The notes below the pieces were generated by a model. That model saw nothing but the letters and a program-made list of their open reading frames with translations, was not told where the DNA came from and ran no database searches. Positions 1 through 12,149 of a DNA stretch of 64,000 nt are shown here, one piece after another. Position 1 is the stretch's first letter. Each line of letters begins with the position of its first letter. The position numbers and the translations under genes were made by a program. The stretch comes from Sphaerodactylus townsendi (taxonomy: Eukaryota). The stretch covers positions 28,086,001 to 28,150,000 of the forward strand of contig NC_059438.1 of NCBI RefSeq assembly GCF_021028975.2. Direction: 5' to 3'.

Positions 1-46
1 TTCCCCTTTCAGTTCCTAAGGAGATTGGCTTCCAGAAATATGCCAG
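1..46 (+). CDS. SLC38A7: SLC38A7 exon (5'-truncated by window)
   Basis: [14 protein letters not shown]; donor AG|GTACCT. Confidence 0.9.
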
Positions 47-3000
47 GTACCTGCAGGATGAGGCGGGGAAGGGCTGGACCGATGTGTGGCTGGCTCTCAG
101 AATGGGGATTGTTTAGTGGTCTGCCAATTTTATTGCACAAAGGAGAACCTTTGTCCAATCTTCACAGCATGAAGAGTGCTGGCCACCTTGGTCGGTCTTG
201 ATGGGACAAGGCAGGCTCAGTTGCTGGATGTATCTCAGGCTTCCGGGAGGGCCCTGTTAAGCTGCACTGTTCATATGAAGAACAATGGTGGGTGCTGCAT
301 CCTTTGTAGTCTGGTGGCTCTGAAATTTTCCCTGAATGGTAGCTGCTGACTGGGAGCAGTTGGAACTTAGCAATGGCAGGGCCCAGTGAGAGTAATTTCC
401 TGTAACACAAAACTCTGAGAACCATTCCTTTGAGTTTGCCTGAAGGAGTGTGGGATGAATGGTGCAGGATGAGCCTTCCAGTAGCATAGGAATTGTTGTA
501 GGTGGATGGGAAACAAGTCTTCAGGGGCTATCCAAAGAGTGTGCTGGACATGGCAGAGAGGGTCCTACCTCTGGTCTCCACATACAGGCCCATCCCATGT
601 GTGTAGGTGAGATCTCTATTCTAAAGCAGGGGCACTCACTCCACAGCTCATGGAGAGCCACATTTATAATCACTAGCAACCAGAAGCATTTGCTTCCATT
701 TCTGGTGTGAATCCTGCAACTAAGGGAGGCTGACATCTTACCCATTCTTCTGATGGCAGCTCTTTTGAGGTGGGGCCCACCTGCCAACCACAAACACTAG
801 CCAAGGGCCTTGTCCACTTGCCTGGACCATGGGGCAGGTGCCACACTGGGAAACAGTGCTCAGGTAGCATGCCAAAGAGCCACGGAGTCTCACTGGTGTG
901 GAGCATCCCCTTTCATGAGACTGTGGGTGTTGCGTGTATATGTCTTGTGCATCTGCAAAATCCCCTGGCTGAATCTCTCTGCTCACCACTTCTAACAGTG
1001 GTGGCCCCTGTGACCACAATGCAAGGCTGGGAAAGCCACCCACACTGGCCTGTCACGATGCTGGTGCTTGAGTGCACGAGTGTGAGACCCCTTTACTCAG
1101 GACAGGCCTTAAAAGGCAGTAGGATCCATGTAACCGTGTCTGTTGCCCTCCATTTATATTCAGGGGTAATGCTACTGGTGCTCACTGGTCACAGCAACCC
1201 TGGAACAAGGTGGTCATGTAACTCTGTAACCTTTCTCTAACCTCCCTCTCCCTCAGCTGTTTGAGCGTGGTAGGAACCTGGTACGTTACTGCTGTCATCG
1301 TTGCCAAATACATCTGGCCCGACCAGGAGGTCGTCCCGAAGGAAATCCCAACCAGGTAAACTGGGAGTGGCAGTTCTTGAAATACAGTGGAGACCATTAG
1401 GGGAGCAAATTTGGAGACTTTACCAGTTGGTTCTTATGTTGTACGCAAAGGCAGTAGAGGGCATTTTGTTTTTGCTGGAGTGCCCCGCAGGAGAATCTCC
1501 AATTTATGAGTGAAATGTGATTAGAAAGAGCTTAAAGTTCTCAGGTGGCCAACAGCCACACACCCCACACCCCATGGAGCCTTTCTTGTGACTCAGCATC
1601 ATCTTGATGCATGGAACCATTCCCTTCACAGGCCACCTTCTGGACAGAAGGAGGGCAGCTGTCTGAAAGCCAGTAAGAAACTGTATGAAGAATTTGAAGA
1701 AAAAGAGTTTGGATTTATACCCACCCACCCCCCACCCCCGTCTCCTGTAAGGAGACTCAAAGGGGCTCACAATCGCCTTTCCCTTCCCCCCCCCCCACAA
1801 CAAACACCCTGTAAGGTAGGTGGGGCTGAGAGAGCTCTGAAGAACTGTGACTAGCCCAAGGTCACCCAGCTGGCTTGTGTTGCACAAACTAATCTGATTC
1901 ACCAGCCAATCTGATCTTCCAGCTCCACAGCTCAAGTGGCAGAGCGGGGAATCAAACCCGGTTCCTCCAGATTAGAGTGCACCTGCTCTTAACCACTACG
2001 TCACTGCTGCTCCTACGTTTGCTTAATCCTCCTAAAAATGAACACATATGATTTTATGTCGATAGATCTCCTTTGAGAAGCTTGTAGTGGGTGTCACTGC
2101 CTTGACTTTGCATTAAGCCAGATCTGGACAAGCCAGAATCTGAGAATTTCTAGGCCCTGGTAAACATTCTGTATAGATAACAGTTGAGAAAGGTTCTGAG
2201 CAACTTTGTGTTTTTCTCCTTACAGCCCCTCCTGGATGTCTGTGTTCAACTCAATGCCCACCATTTGCTTTGGCTTCCAGGTACTGCTTGTTTGAGGGCT
2301 GTGGAGAGGTAGAAGCTGACTGGGTCTAGCTGGCCTCCAGCTCCTCTGGCTCTCTTTGTGTTAGGCCTGGTTAACTAACATCATGTTTTTAATTTCATTG
2401 ACTGACTTAACTTATCCTCTGCTTTTCTCCCCAATGGGGACCTGAAGAAACTTACATCAGTTCTCCTTTCCTTCCCTATATCTTCAGAACAGCCCCGTGA
2501 GAATGGTTAGGCTGAGACTGTGTGACCGGCCCAAAGTCATTCAGCAACCTTCCATGACAGAGTGAGGATTTGAACCTGGCTGTCCCAGATCCAACACCCC
2601 AACCACTACATTACACTGGCTCTTTTGTTCTTGCTAACCTATACAGAGGTAGTAAAAAGGGCACGTTGTCTTTCGAATAACAAGGTCAGATCACAAATAA
2701 CCCCTGTACTCTGTTTAACAGAGACAGTTAATGACTTAAAAGTGGGGAGGACAGTCTGCTTGAAAACCTCAGCGTTTATTGACCAATATCACCTCCATTT
2801 CAATTCAATTAACCTTTGTTGGCATAATAACACTATAGCAGCATACAATCAACCCCTTTATGCACGTTTGTCAATGACAACACATAAAATTTTTCCTACC
2901 GGCTCCAGAATCTCCTTGCAATCACCATTCAAAAGGAATCTTCAAGACCCATCAGTAAGGGTTCTAAATATTTGCTCCTAGGCCTGATGTAAAGGGGGCA

Positions 3001-6000
3001 ATACAGTAGAACATGAAGAACTCTTCACCCCCAGTTCCACAGGAACACGTTCTCTCATGATGGGCAATTCCCAAGACGCTCCCCTGTCTAAGAGCAGAGG
3101 GTAACACATTACATCTGGCCAGTTCAAGGCTCGGCGCAATCTGGCCTCGATTAAAACATGGAGATAGCTAGTTGGTAAGGGAAATTCCCAAATAGAAGGG
3201 AGAACAAAACTTGTCAGCTTCCTCCAACAAGAAGAGGAATTCTTCTTAGAGCATCGCCTCCATTTCCTGGAATGAAAATTGGAATTATCCTTTAGCTAAG
3301 CTGAAGTCCATCTTACAGAGCAAGATTAATTATAAAAAAACTATGAGTGGCTCACTGATTTGCTGTTTGGATTCTGACCACAGCATGCCAAACCTTTGCA
3401 AATATCTAACGGAAAGGGAGTTAACATCAAATGGATCTTTTGCTCACCCTGCGCCATTATATTCTGCCCAATAAATTCTGCATAGCTCCGAAGCTTGCCT
3501 GTTCTTTTCAATCAAGAGACATTCTTGCCTCACCAGTTTGGTATCTCCTCTTGTCCCTGGCAGTGCCACGTCAGCAGCGTGCCCGTCTTCAACAGCATGA
3601 AACGGCCGGAGTTGAAGCCCTGGGGAGCAGTAGTGACGGCCGCCATGATCATTGCCCTCTTTGTCTACACAGGCACAGGTAGGGGATTAGACCCTGTCAG
3701 GTGCGTTTTTTATAACTGCTCCTTATGGCCTGGAAAGGAGAATGGAGCGAGGAAGCGCCCTCGACTTCTGAGCACCAGCAGAGACCCCAGGATCCTGTTC
3801 CTCTACTGGAGAGAGTAGCTGACTGCTAAAACTTTGTCCTCTCCCTGCATTATGATGGATCTATTTGTTCTCCATTTTCCACCAGGAGTCTGTGGTTTCC
3901 TCACCTTTGGTTCTGGCGTGGATCAGGACGTGCTGCTTTCCTACCCCTCCAGTGACATTCCAGTCGCCATTGCACGAGTCTTCATCATTGTCTGTGTCCT
4001 GACATCCTACCCCATACTCCACTTTTGTGGCAGGTGAGCACCCTGGGAGGAGCCTACAGAAGCTACCAGTGGAATTGTGCCCTCGTTGCAGCGGGTGTCG
4101 CCAGCCACATGTCAAGCTCCCAGGGAGCCCCGGGCGTGATAAAGGAAGCCTGTGATGGTTTTTGTTTTTGCTTCCTGGCCAGGGCTGTCCTGGAAGGTCT
4201 TTGGCTGCGCTACAAGGAAGAGACTGTGGAAGAAGACGTGGTTCGAGAAAGGCGCCGCCGCTTGCTGCAGACAGTGAGCTGGTTTCTTCTCACGCTCCTC
4301 CTCGCCTTATTCATTCCTGATATTGGCAGAGTCATCTCTCTCATTGGAGGGCTGGCTGCCTGCTTCATCTTTGTCTTCCCAGGTAGGAGGGTTTCTTGGA
4401 TGGTATCGTTTGGAGGCAGCAGGAGGAGCACCCCTGAAGGGTACTCTTCCCTGTTCACAAGTTACAGTGTATGCACATAAAATCCATATAGAGCATGCAC
4501 TTGATTATATTCACTGATTATGTGCATAATAATCAATGCACATTGATTACTGATGTGCATTGAATACAAACCCCACTTATCCAGGTACTGGACCCTGGTT
4601 GCATTTGTAAAGTTGTATGTGCATTCCCCGTTAATCTGAACAAGGCTACCAGGAGGGGGCAGGAAGAGACCTCCTTGTGTGCCAAAGGCAACTGCCAAAC
4701 AACAGGGAGCCAGAGAACCTCTTGTTTGTCCAGTCTTGGCAAAAACCATCTCTCTGTTTTCTCTCTGCAATTAAATTCCTATATCAGAGGCTGAGAGCTG
4801 TTCATGGTGCTGGGAAGACAGCTGTGTGCATTTCTGTAGCGAGTATTGAGATTCTGGAAGGTGGCCATATAAGATAACCTGTCCCCTTGCAGAGCCTGAT
4901 ATTCAGAGTTGGGACAATGACTGATTTGTGGCCCTGAAATGTAAACAGGCTTCTTTGTGGACGTGGCACGGAACTTTTGTGCATCTCCCATCCTTCTCTT
5001 TTTTGGATGTTTGCTTGTTGCCTCCTGCAGGGGTGGGGTCTAAGTGAGGTCACAAGTCTAGAATTCTGGTGCTGGGAGGAGGTGCACGGCAGATCTTATT
5101 CCAAAGATCCTGCTGGCATAGGGGAGCTTGGCTTTGTGCCACAGCTGCTAACTGGGATGAATCCAAGTTTTCCCATGTAAGAATGAAAATCGATGTGACC
5201 GAGAGGAATACTGTGGGGGTTTTGCTTCTCCCTGTTTGCATTCTCCGCAAGTGGTTTGGGGACAAAATGCTGCTCGTAAGATTTTTGGTGTGGCTCAACA
5301 TTATGGCTGCAGAAAAGAATCAGAGTTCAGGGTTGGGGTGTGTGCCTTTTCCTTAGCTTCTGTCCAGCTGGCACACCATTTCCTTTCTTTTGGAACACAT
5401 GTTCTGAAAGGAGCTAAATAACTATGGACTGTCACTACTTGGAACCTTCAAGAAGTAGCCATGGGAGCTTGGAACTTGCAAGAAGTGGCTGCATGGGAGT
5501 GATTTAAACCTTGAGAGGAGGGAAATCCCAACAACAATACATGTTCAGCTTCAAACCTAGGATAATGGTGGTGGCTTTCATGAAAGTTTTCACAAGAACT
5601 GGCTAGTTCAGGGGTCTGCAACCTGTGACTCTCCAAATGTTCATGAACTACAATTCCCACCAGCCCATGCCAGCATGGCCAATTGGCCATGCTGACAGGG
5701 GCTGATGGGAATTGCAGTTCATGAACATCTGGAGAGTCGCAGGTTGCAGACTCCTGGGTTAGTTAGTTTCTGTCATGAATGTGTTAAGTCTCTCATCAGA
5801 ATTAGGTAAGCTGGTCACTGGGGCTTTGCCCAAATCTCTCACTTTGTAAAAAGCTACATGTGACATGGTAATATGGTGGATTTCTCTTCCCCCCCCCCAA
5901 CATTTTGACATTATTTCTCTTGCTTTTGGTGGTCTTCTTGAGATTGAGTTCACATAATAGACTTTTCTGCAGCTGCCTCTGTGGTAGAGCCCATGTCAGA

Positions 6001-6305
6001 GAACAGTTCTGAGGTGGCTTGGTTTGCCATTAGCAACCATATATTTGTTCCTTGCCAGGGCTCTGCCTCATCCACACCAAGCTCTCTGAAATTCAAGAAG
6101 CCAGACCAGCAAGGTAAGAGACTTAGCTTACCTTTTCCTCTTAATAACCTGGCAGTCCCTCTCCCTGACATGGTGCCTGATCCTGTCTTCCTGTTTCCAC
6201 AGCTGGTGGGCCTTGGTCAGCTATGGAATCTTCATGGTTACTCTTGGAGCGTTTATCTTTGGACAGACTACTGCCCATGCTGTCTTCGTGGACCTTGCAA
6301 AATGA
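1..6305 (+). CDS. SLC38A7: SLC38A7 (SNAT7, lysosomal amino-acid transporter), 3' part, 8 coding exons
   Basis: Exons 1-46 (partial), 1257-1355, 2226-2280, 3564-3678, 3886-4033, 4183-4382, 6059-6113, 6203-6305 have GT-AG ends and splice in frame: [36 protein letters not shown]...[21 protein letters not shown]...[12 protein letters not shown]...[18 protein letters not shown]...[19 protein letters not shown], matching the SNAT7 C-terminal half. Confidence 0.96.
500..1060 (-). mobile_element. Decayed Tx1/L1-like LINE ORF2 3' fragment
   Basis: Frameshifted minus-strand translation gives RGC..SET..LF....FPVW followed by [15 protein letters not shown], resembling the zf-RVT and C-terminal region of Tx1-type ORF2. 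Confidence 0.45.
1257..1355 (+). CDS. SLC38A7: SLC38A7 exon
   Basis: cag|CTGT...ACCAG|gtaaa; [32 protein letters not shown]. Confidence 0.93.
1696..2012 (-). mobile_element. Squam3-type tRNA-derived SINE
   Basis: Reverse complement of the SINE copies at 15089/40366/47631 (A-box GTGGCGTAGTGG-like head, GGGTTTGATTCCC B-box, CTT-rich tail). Confidence 0.85.
2226..2280 (+). CDS. SLC38A7: SLC38A7 exon
   Basis: [18 protein letters not shown]; AG/GT ends. Confidence 0.93.
2410..2622 (-). mobile_element. Older squamate tRNA-SINE
   Basis: GGATTTGAACC B-box complement; ACCACTACATTACACTGGCTC head complement. Confidence 0.7.
3564..3678 (+). CDS. SLC38A7: SLC38A7 exon
   Basis: [38 protein letters not shown]. 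Confidence 0.95.
3886..4033 (+). CDS. SLC38A7: SLC38A7 exon
   Basis: [48 protein letters not shown]. Confidence 0.95.
4183..4382 (+). CDS. SLC38A7: SLC38A7 exon
   Basis: [30 protein letters not shown]...[12 protein letters not shown]. Confidence 0.95.
5609..5756. mobile_element. hAT-type MITE (ACTACAATTCCCA family)
   Basis: Near-palindromic 148 bp, CAGGGGTCTGCAACC...GGTTGCAGACTCCTG termini, 8-bp TSD GGCTAGTT/GGTTAGTT. Confidence 0.85.
6059..6113 (+). CDS. SLC38A7: SLC38A7 exon
   Basis: [17 protein letters not shown]; donor AG|GTAAGA. Confidence 0.93.
6203..6305 (+). CDS. SLC38A7: SLC38A7 last coding exon
   Basis: [36 protein letters not shown] at 6303-6305. Confidence 0.95.
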
Positions 6306-6353
6306 TCCCTTCAACTCCACCCTTAGAAGACGAGTTTGCTGCTTGAACTGTGG

Positions 6354-6359
6354 AATAAA
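6354..6359 (+). terminator. Candidate proximal polyadenylation signal of SLC38A7
   Basis: AATAAA ~50 nt after the stop codon; usage unproven. Confidence 0.35.
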
Positions 6360-6894
6360 AGGAAACCTCAGAGAATTATTGGCCTAATAGTTAGGATCTC
6401 TTAAATTTCCGTGAAAGAGGATTTTCCTTTCAATTTTATCTCCTGAAATGGAACAGGACTGATATGAGAAAAATTCTACAGTTTTGATTTTGAAGCCAAG
6501 CATCCTAATGACTTGGTTGCTTTTCTATGTACCTGCACAAGTCTATTCACCTAAACTTTTTAGGATATCTTCCTCTTAAAGAACTCTTTTGTTCTGCCTT
6601 ACCTTACACATGCTTATGTAAGAATCCGGGATGGTCACTACATGATAACTGTATTTATTCAGCCAACAGGCTTATATTTTTCAGCATTACCAATGATTTT
6701 ACAAGGCTTGTGTATTTGATTGTGAAATAATTACTGGGGGAACAATGAACTTTATCATGTACGAGCATGGGCACTGGGGCTTAATTATTTGAAATAATGA
6801 GTTCTTAAAATCCAGGGGGGAGGGGAGAGGCTTGTAATTTTGTTAAAAATTTTGAACTTCTGATGTGGAGTGCTGTCCAAGCTCTACCCACAAC

Positions 6895-7130
6895 CTGAGT
6901 TTGATCCCAACAGAAATCAGTTTCAGGCAGCCAGCTCAAAGTTGACTCAGCCTTCCATCCTTCCAAGGTTGGTAAAATGAGTATCCAGCTTGCTGGGAGT
7001 CAAGTGTAGACAACTGGGGAAGGCAATGGCAAATCACACCACAAACATAGTCTGCCTAGTAAACCTGCTGTGATGTCACCCCATGGGTCAGTAACGACAT
7101 GGTGCTTGCACAAGAGACTATCTTTACTTT
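6895..7130 (+). mobile_element. Sauria SINE-like element
   Basis: TTGACTCAGCCTTCCATCCTTCC...GGTAAAATGAGTA core, GGAAGGCAATGGCAAA BovB-like part, CTTTACTTTA tail. Confidence 0.8.
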
Positions 7131-7534
7131 ATATGAAAAAGACGGTTCTTGAAGAGAATCCTTGGAAGATAAAAGGGAAATTTGAATATATTTCAGGGAA
7201 TTTGACTTGGACTAGAACTCACACAACTGCTTTTGTGCCTTAGCATGATTGGCATTTTTTTCCTGTCACACTCTTGAGGTGCAGAAAATCCAGGTGGTGC
7301 AGTAATTTGGAGACCTGAGGAAACCATCAGAATGTTGCCCAGGGAAACGAAAACAAAATAGGTCCTTTTATCCTTTAAGTCAGCTTCCTGAAGATTTTGT
7401 CATGGAGTCTGGATGACTACTGGGGAAAACCCTTCTGGTACAAAGGAAGGCTGTTGCATGGCTGTTAATTTGCTTAACTTACCTTCAAAGTCTGTGTCCT
7501 TTACTTAACCGGTTTATTCTGCTACATTCTAGTT

Positions 7535-7673
7535 CAGTGGTGGCGAACCTATGGCACTCCAGATGTTCATGGACTACAATTCCCATCAGCCCCTGCCAGC
7601 ATGGCCATTTGGCAGGGGCTGATGGGAATTGTAGTCCATGAACATCTGGAGTGCCACAGGTTTGCCACCACGG
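7535..7673. mobile_element. hAT-type MITE (ACTACAATTCCCA family)
   Basis: CAGTGGTGGC...GCCACCACGG termini, TSD TTCTAGTT/TTCTAGTC. Confidence 0.85.
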
Positions 7674-8339
7674 TTCTAGTCTCACCTTAACCTGGTTCGC
7701 ACGGGCCTGTTTCTCAGCAGAGATTTTCTGAGCCAGCTGCTTTTAGCTAGACTAAACTTCTAATTGTTTTTAGAGCTGATGTGTGATTCTTGCCTAAAAT
7801 CTGGGCTGGTAGCAAAACTCCAAGTCTATATGTTCCCCCATTCTGTTTGTTGGGACATTCAGGAGATGCAGTTGCTATATCTTGCTGAGGTGCTCTCAAT
7901 ACATCACTTTATTATTTTTAAAGAGGATTCAGGTGCTTTTTTTGTTTGGGGTTCAAAGCAAGTGATCTTGGTGGTTCTTAAAGGGACAGGGTCATAATGA
8001 AAATAATTAAAAAAACAGTTCTTGGACGACTGTAGTTTGGTGTCTGTTGAAAATGGAGTTGTTTCCCTGTTGAAATTGCTGTGTCTCCAGGCTGTGCTCT
8101 CCTGCAGAAAGAGTACACAGCCAAAAGAAGTTACATTCTCCCTGCCAACTTGATTTACCCTGAGCTCAGTTTCCTTTCCACTGTTGCATCTCTCGGCTCA
8201 TATCCCACCATTAGGGTTTGAGAGTAAGAGGAGGACAGGGATAAAAAGGGGATAGAGTTGTAACAATTCCAAGATACCTGGAGAGGCAGCTGGGTACAAA
8301 AAAGGAACATTGGGTGGAAGGCAGCACTCTCTATAGCAT

Positions 8340-8785
8340 TTAATTTATTTTTATTATTTGATTTATATGTCACCCTTCCTCATGGCGGGCTCTGGGCAGC
8401 TTACAAAAAAATCCAGTTTAAAATCCCAGTTAGCGCCTTAAAAATTTCTTAACTAAGGGAAATAAAGATATGAAGGAGGAGGGGAATAAAGGAAAATCAT
8501 GGAGGGGGAGGCAGGGAAACCAGTTTTGATGGAAATTGCCATTGCTGTCATCAAGCATTGGCCTCGCACAGCTTTGTCTTAGAGGTCCTGCAGAACTGAG
8601 ATAAGTCCTGCAGGGCCCTGGTCTCATTTGACAGAGTATTTTATCAGGCTGGGGCCAGAGCTGAAAACACTGAGGCCCTGGTCAAAGACAGCCAGATAAC
8701 TTTCAGGTCATGAACATCAACAAATTGTTACCTATGGAGCGACATGCTCTCCTAGGGGTCTATTTGGAGAGGCAGTCCCTGACCG
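8340..8785 (-). mobile_element. L2-like LINE 3' fragment
   Basis: (TTTA)n tail complement plus degenerate similarity to the 10168-10707 copy. Confidence 0.6.
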
Positions 8786-10167
8786 CTCAGATGCCTATCA
8801 GCATTTAACAATTCCAGCCCTAATGCTACACACCCTCATGGAGCTCAGCGTGTGTGGGGTGGGGGTGGGGGGTGGGGGTTACTAAAGCTCATATGATGAG
8901 AAGTGAATTCTCAACAGCAGTGAAATGGTGGGAGGTAGATCTCCTTTCCATGCTAACACAGGCTTTACCTGTTCTATATTGCAAATGATGCTGGGAGAAG
9001 AGCACAGAAGTGTAATGGCAAGAGGCCGTGCTCCTGAGGCACTCCTTCCAGGGTCATTTCTGCTACAGTATCCAGAACAATCAGTCTAGGGGCCTCATGA
9101 TTCCATATTGCATCATTTGAGGACTTAACTGCAGCTACCTAAGGAAATGGGAGCTGGATATTAAGTGCAGAGGTGGGGGTGGCATGGAGATGTCTGTAGT
9201 TGCCAGAAGTGGAAAAGGATGATAAAAGCTGGATTTGGGTTGTGGGTACAATCCAATGTGGCTACCATTTTACTTTTTTCTTGGTGCTGGCTGAAGTTCT
9301 AGAGGGGGTTCTAGGTTCTTTATTAATGATTCCTGGGTAAATGCTCTGTTCATTTTGAGATGTAACAGTACACAACTGGCTTGAAATGCTTTTTGTACTG
9401 CCTATGGATTATGGACTTCAAGTTGGTAAAATCACCTTTGAAAGAGCAACATAAGGAATGGAGAAAGAATGAGTTCAAAACACACACGACTGTCACCTCC
9501 CTACCCACATACATGCCAGTTTGACAAGTAGGTGGCGCTGAGACAACAATATTTACCCCATTGGAAGAACAGGAATTGACCCTGAACTGTATAGTGCTAA
9601 AGAAGAGAGCCACTGCATGATGCTATAGTGATAGAGAATGGGGAAATTTTGATTTTTGGCCAGTCAGGATCAGCCTGTATTTTCCCACCTGCTTGATTTG
9701 TTTGCACAGGCCTTTAATGGCAATGAAAAGCCCCTCTCCTGATTTCCAGCCTATGGGACCTTCAAAGGGAGCACCATTTGAGTGGTACGATCAAAAAGTT
9801 GGACTGTGATGGGAGAGACGTGAGTTCAATTCCACACACAGTCATGGAAGGTCAATGGACGACACCTTTCAGTATCTCATTGCTATACTTGCCTCACAAG
9901 CTTGAGACAAGAATAAAATGAACTGATTTTCAAACGTTTTACTAAATGCTACTGCAGCTTTTGATATATTTTCTAAAGTGTTCTACATTTAACCACACAC
10001 TCTCTGGGCACACTCTCTCCTTTTAACCACACTCTCTCTGGGTAGGGGTAATTTTTCTGATATTTTCTTCCATTTTGTCAACCTTATAGCTTGTATGGCT
10101 GACAACAATCCTGCACTGCTTGTAGCATCAAGAAACGTTGCAAGGGACACAAAAATGCTCGTTTTTT

Positions 10168-10707
10168 GAATTTATTTATTTATTTATTTATTATTGTATT
10201 TATAAACCGCCCTCCCCCGAGGGGCTCAGGGCGGTGAACAAACAATAAATAGAGCACAGTAAAATCCACAGTATCAAATATAAATAAACATTAAATAATG
10301 GCTCTATATTGTTAAAACCAAACCCATTAAAATTAAATGCAGCGTTCCAACATCAAATAAATTGATGGCGTCCAATCACTAATCCCCTTAGAGGAAGGAG
10401 GAGGGGAAAGGGCGGCAGGGTCCACAGATGACATAAGAGGAGGGGGGGAGCCATCAGCGACTGGGCTCCCCAAAAGCCCGGCGGAACAGCTCCGTCTTGC
10501 AGGCCCTGCGGAAATCGTTGAGATCCCGCAGGGCCCGCGTAGCTGGAGATAGAGCGTTCCACCAGGCAGGGGCCAGAGCTGTAAAGGCTCTGGCCCGGGT
10601 GGAGGCCCGTCGCATCATTGAAGGGCCAGGGATCACCAGTAAGTTGGCCTCTGCCGAACGCAGAGGCCGATTTGGGACATATGGGGCAAGGTGGTCCCGT
10701 AGGTACC
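10168..10707 (-). mobile_element. Young L2-clade LINE 3' end
   Basis: Intact ORF2 C-terminus YLRDHLAPYVPNRPLRSAEANLL...RAFTALAPAWWNALS...FRRACKTELFRRAF*, 3'UTR and (TAAA)n tail; CpG retained. Confidence 0.85.
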
Positions 10708-11484
10708 ATATTGCATCATTTTGCATCATTTTCTTTTGATCTTTTCACCATTTGGTAGCCGTTTATAGTATACTGGAGGTGTTTAATGCCTGTTTTGGCT
10801 TTCTGATGACATGAAGACAACACAGCCTGGATAATTTGAATGGCAACCAACTTTGAAAGTACAAAGTTCTGTTTGCTGTGTTATCAGCAGCTGGCCCAGA
10901 GCTGACAAAAGTCCAGCATCCTGTCTCACAGTGGCCAGTTACTCCACAGAGCTAATAACAGGCCACAAAACCTTCCCCCAATGTTGCCTCCTGCCACCGG
11001 CATTCAGAGTTTTACTAATTCGGAAGTTCGCTTTACTCAGTAGGGCTAGTAGCCACTGAATGACCTTTTCTGCATGAATCTGCCTAACTGCCTTGTAAAG
11101 TTCTTTGACCATCACTCCATCCAGTGACCGTGAGTTCCGCAACTCAGGTGAGCATTATGTGTTATCTTTCCTGTTTCTTTAAACTGCTGCGCAGCAAGTT
11201 CCTAGAAATATCCCAAATTCCGGCATTCCAGGAGAGGGAACCAATGGTACCGCTTCTCTGGCAGCCTTCTCTAGTTTCCCTACAAGCGGCGCATCGTCTT
11301 CGGCGAGACCACCAAGTGTCCAAAGTGGCTCAGGAGAATGGTCGCAAACAGCAGCTTGTCGAGCCACCCATGGAGGTAAATGTCCGCCCATTGCCTACCT
11401 CCAAGGCGATGCACTGCGAACTCCGCCTGATTCACCTCAGCGTTTAATAGCAGGAAGTGACCACACCTCACACCACGCAGCCAT

Positions 11485-11587
11485 CACGGGTGTCCGTGGC
11501 CCTCCAGATGTTTACGGACTACAATTCCCATCAGCCCCTGCTAGAATGGCCAATTGTACTCTGAACATCTGGACGGTTACACCCTTG
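11485..11587. mobile_element. Diverged hAT MITE copy at promoter edge
   Basis: CTCCAGATGTTTACGGACTACAATTCCCATCAGCCCCTGC...GAACATCTGGA, same family as 5609/7535/63566. Confidence 0.75.
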
Positions 11588-12149
11588 GCCTAACCTAAAC
11601 TTGCGTTCTAAGAGGCGCGAATGGCGGTACTTGAACAACTGGTATCTCTCATCAGATCTCCCTTTTCGCCCCTTTTCATAGTATCTCCCCAAACAAGCAC
11701 GGGACTTTTTCTCCAAGACGTCAGACTACTACAACCGCGCACAACTACCATTGGTTCACGTTGACACGCCCTATTTGGCAGCTGAGGAACTCTGATTGGC
11801 CGAAACCGGGGAAGAGCGGGAGAGCCAGAGCAAGAGAGTATGCTGTTAGCCAATCATTGACTGCCAATATCTCGGCAACTCCGAAAGCCCATCCCCATAC
11901 AATTCTCTCCCCGTTGCCCCGCCTCCAACCCAAGGGTTGGACAAATCCGCCTCCGCGGGCGCAGGCGCAAAGGCAGCTAATCTGGCGTGAGGAAAGGGGG
12001 CAGGAAGAAAGAGGCAGAACAAGTTCGAGAGCGGGCGTAGGCCGGGCTTTGATTGGCTGGTTCTTTTCTTCGAGCAGGCGTGGCCGCGAGTGACGGCCCA
12101 GCCAGCGGGCCCCGCCCCTCTCGCCTTGCGTGCGCCGCGGGGGTCGACG

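Noticed and set aside
9440-9620. Tc1-like transposase scrap (KTHTTVTSLP...)
   Set aside because: Too short and degenerate; no TIRs found.
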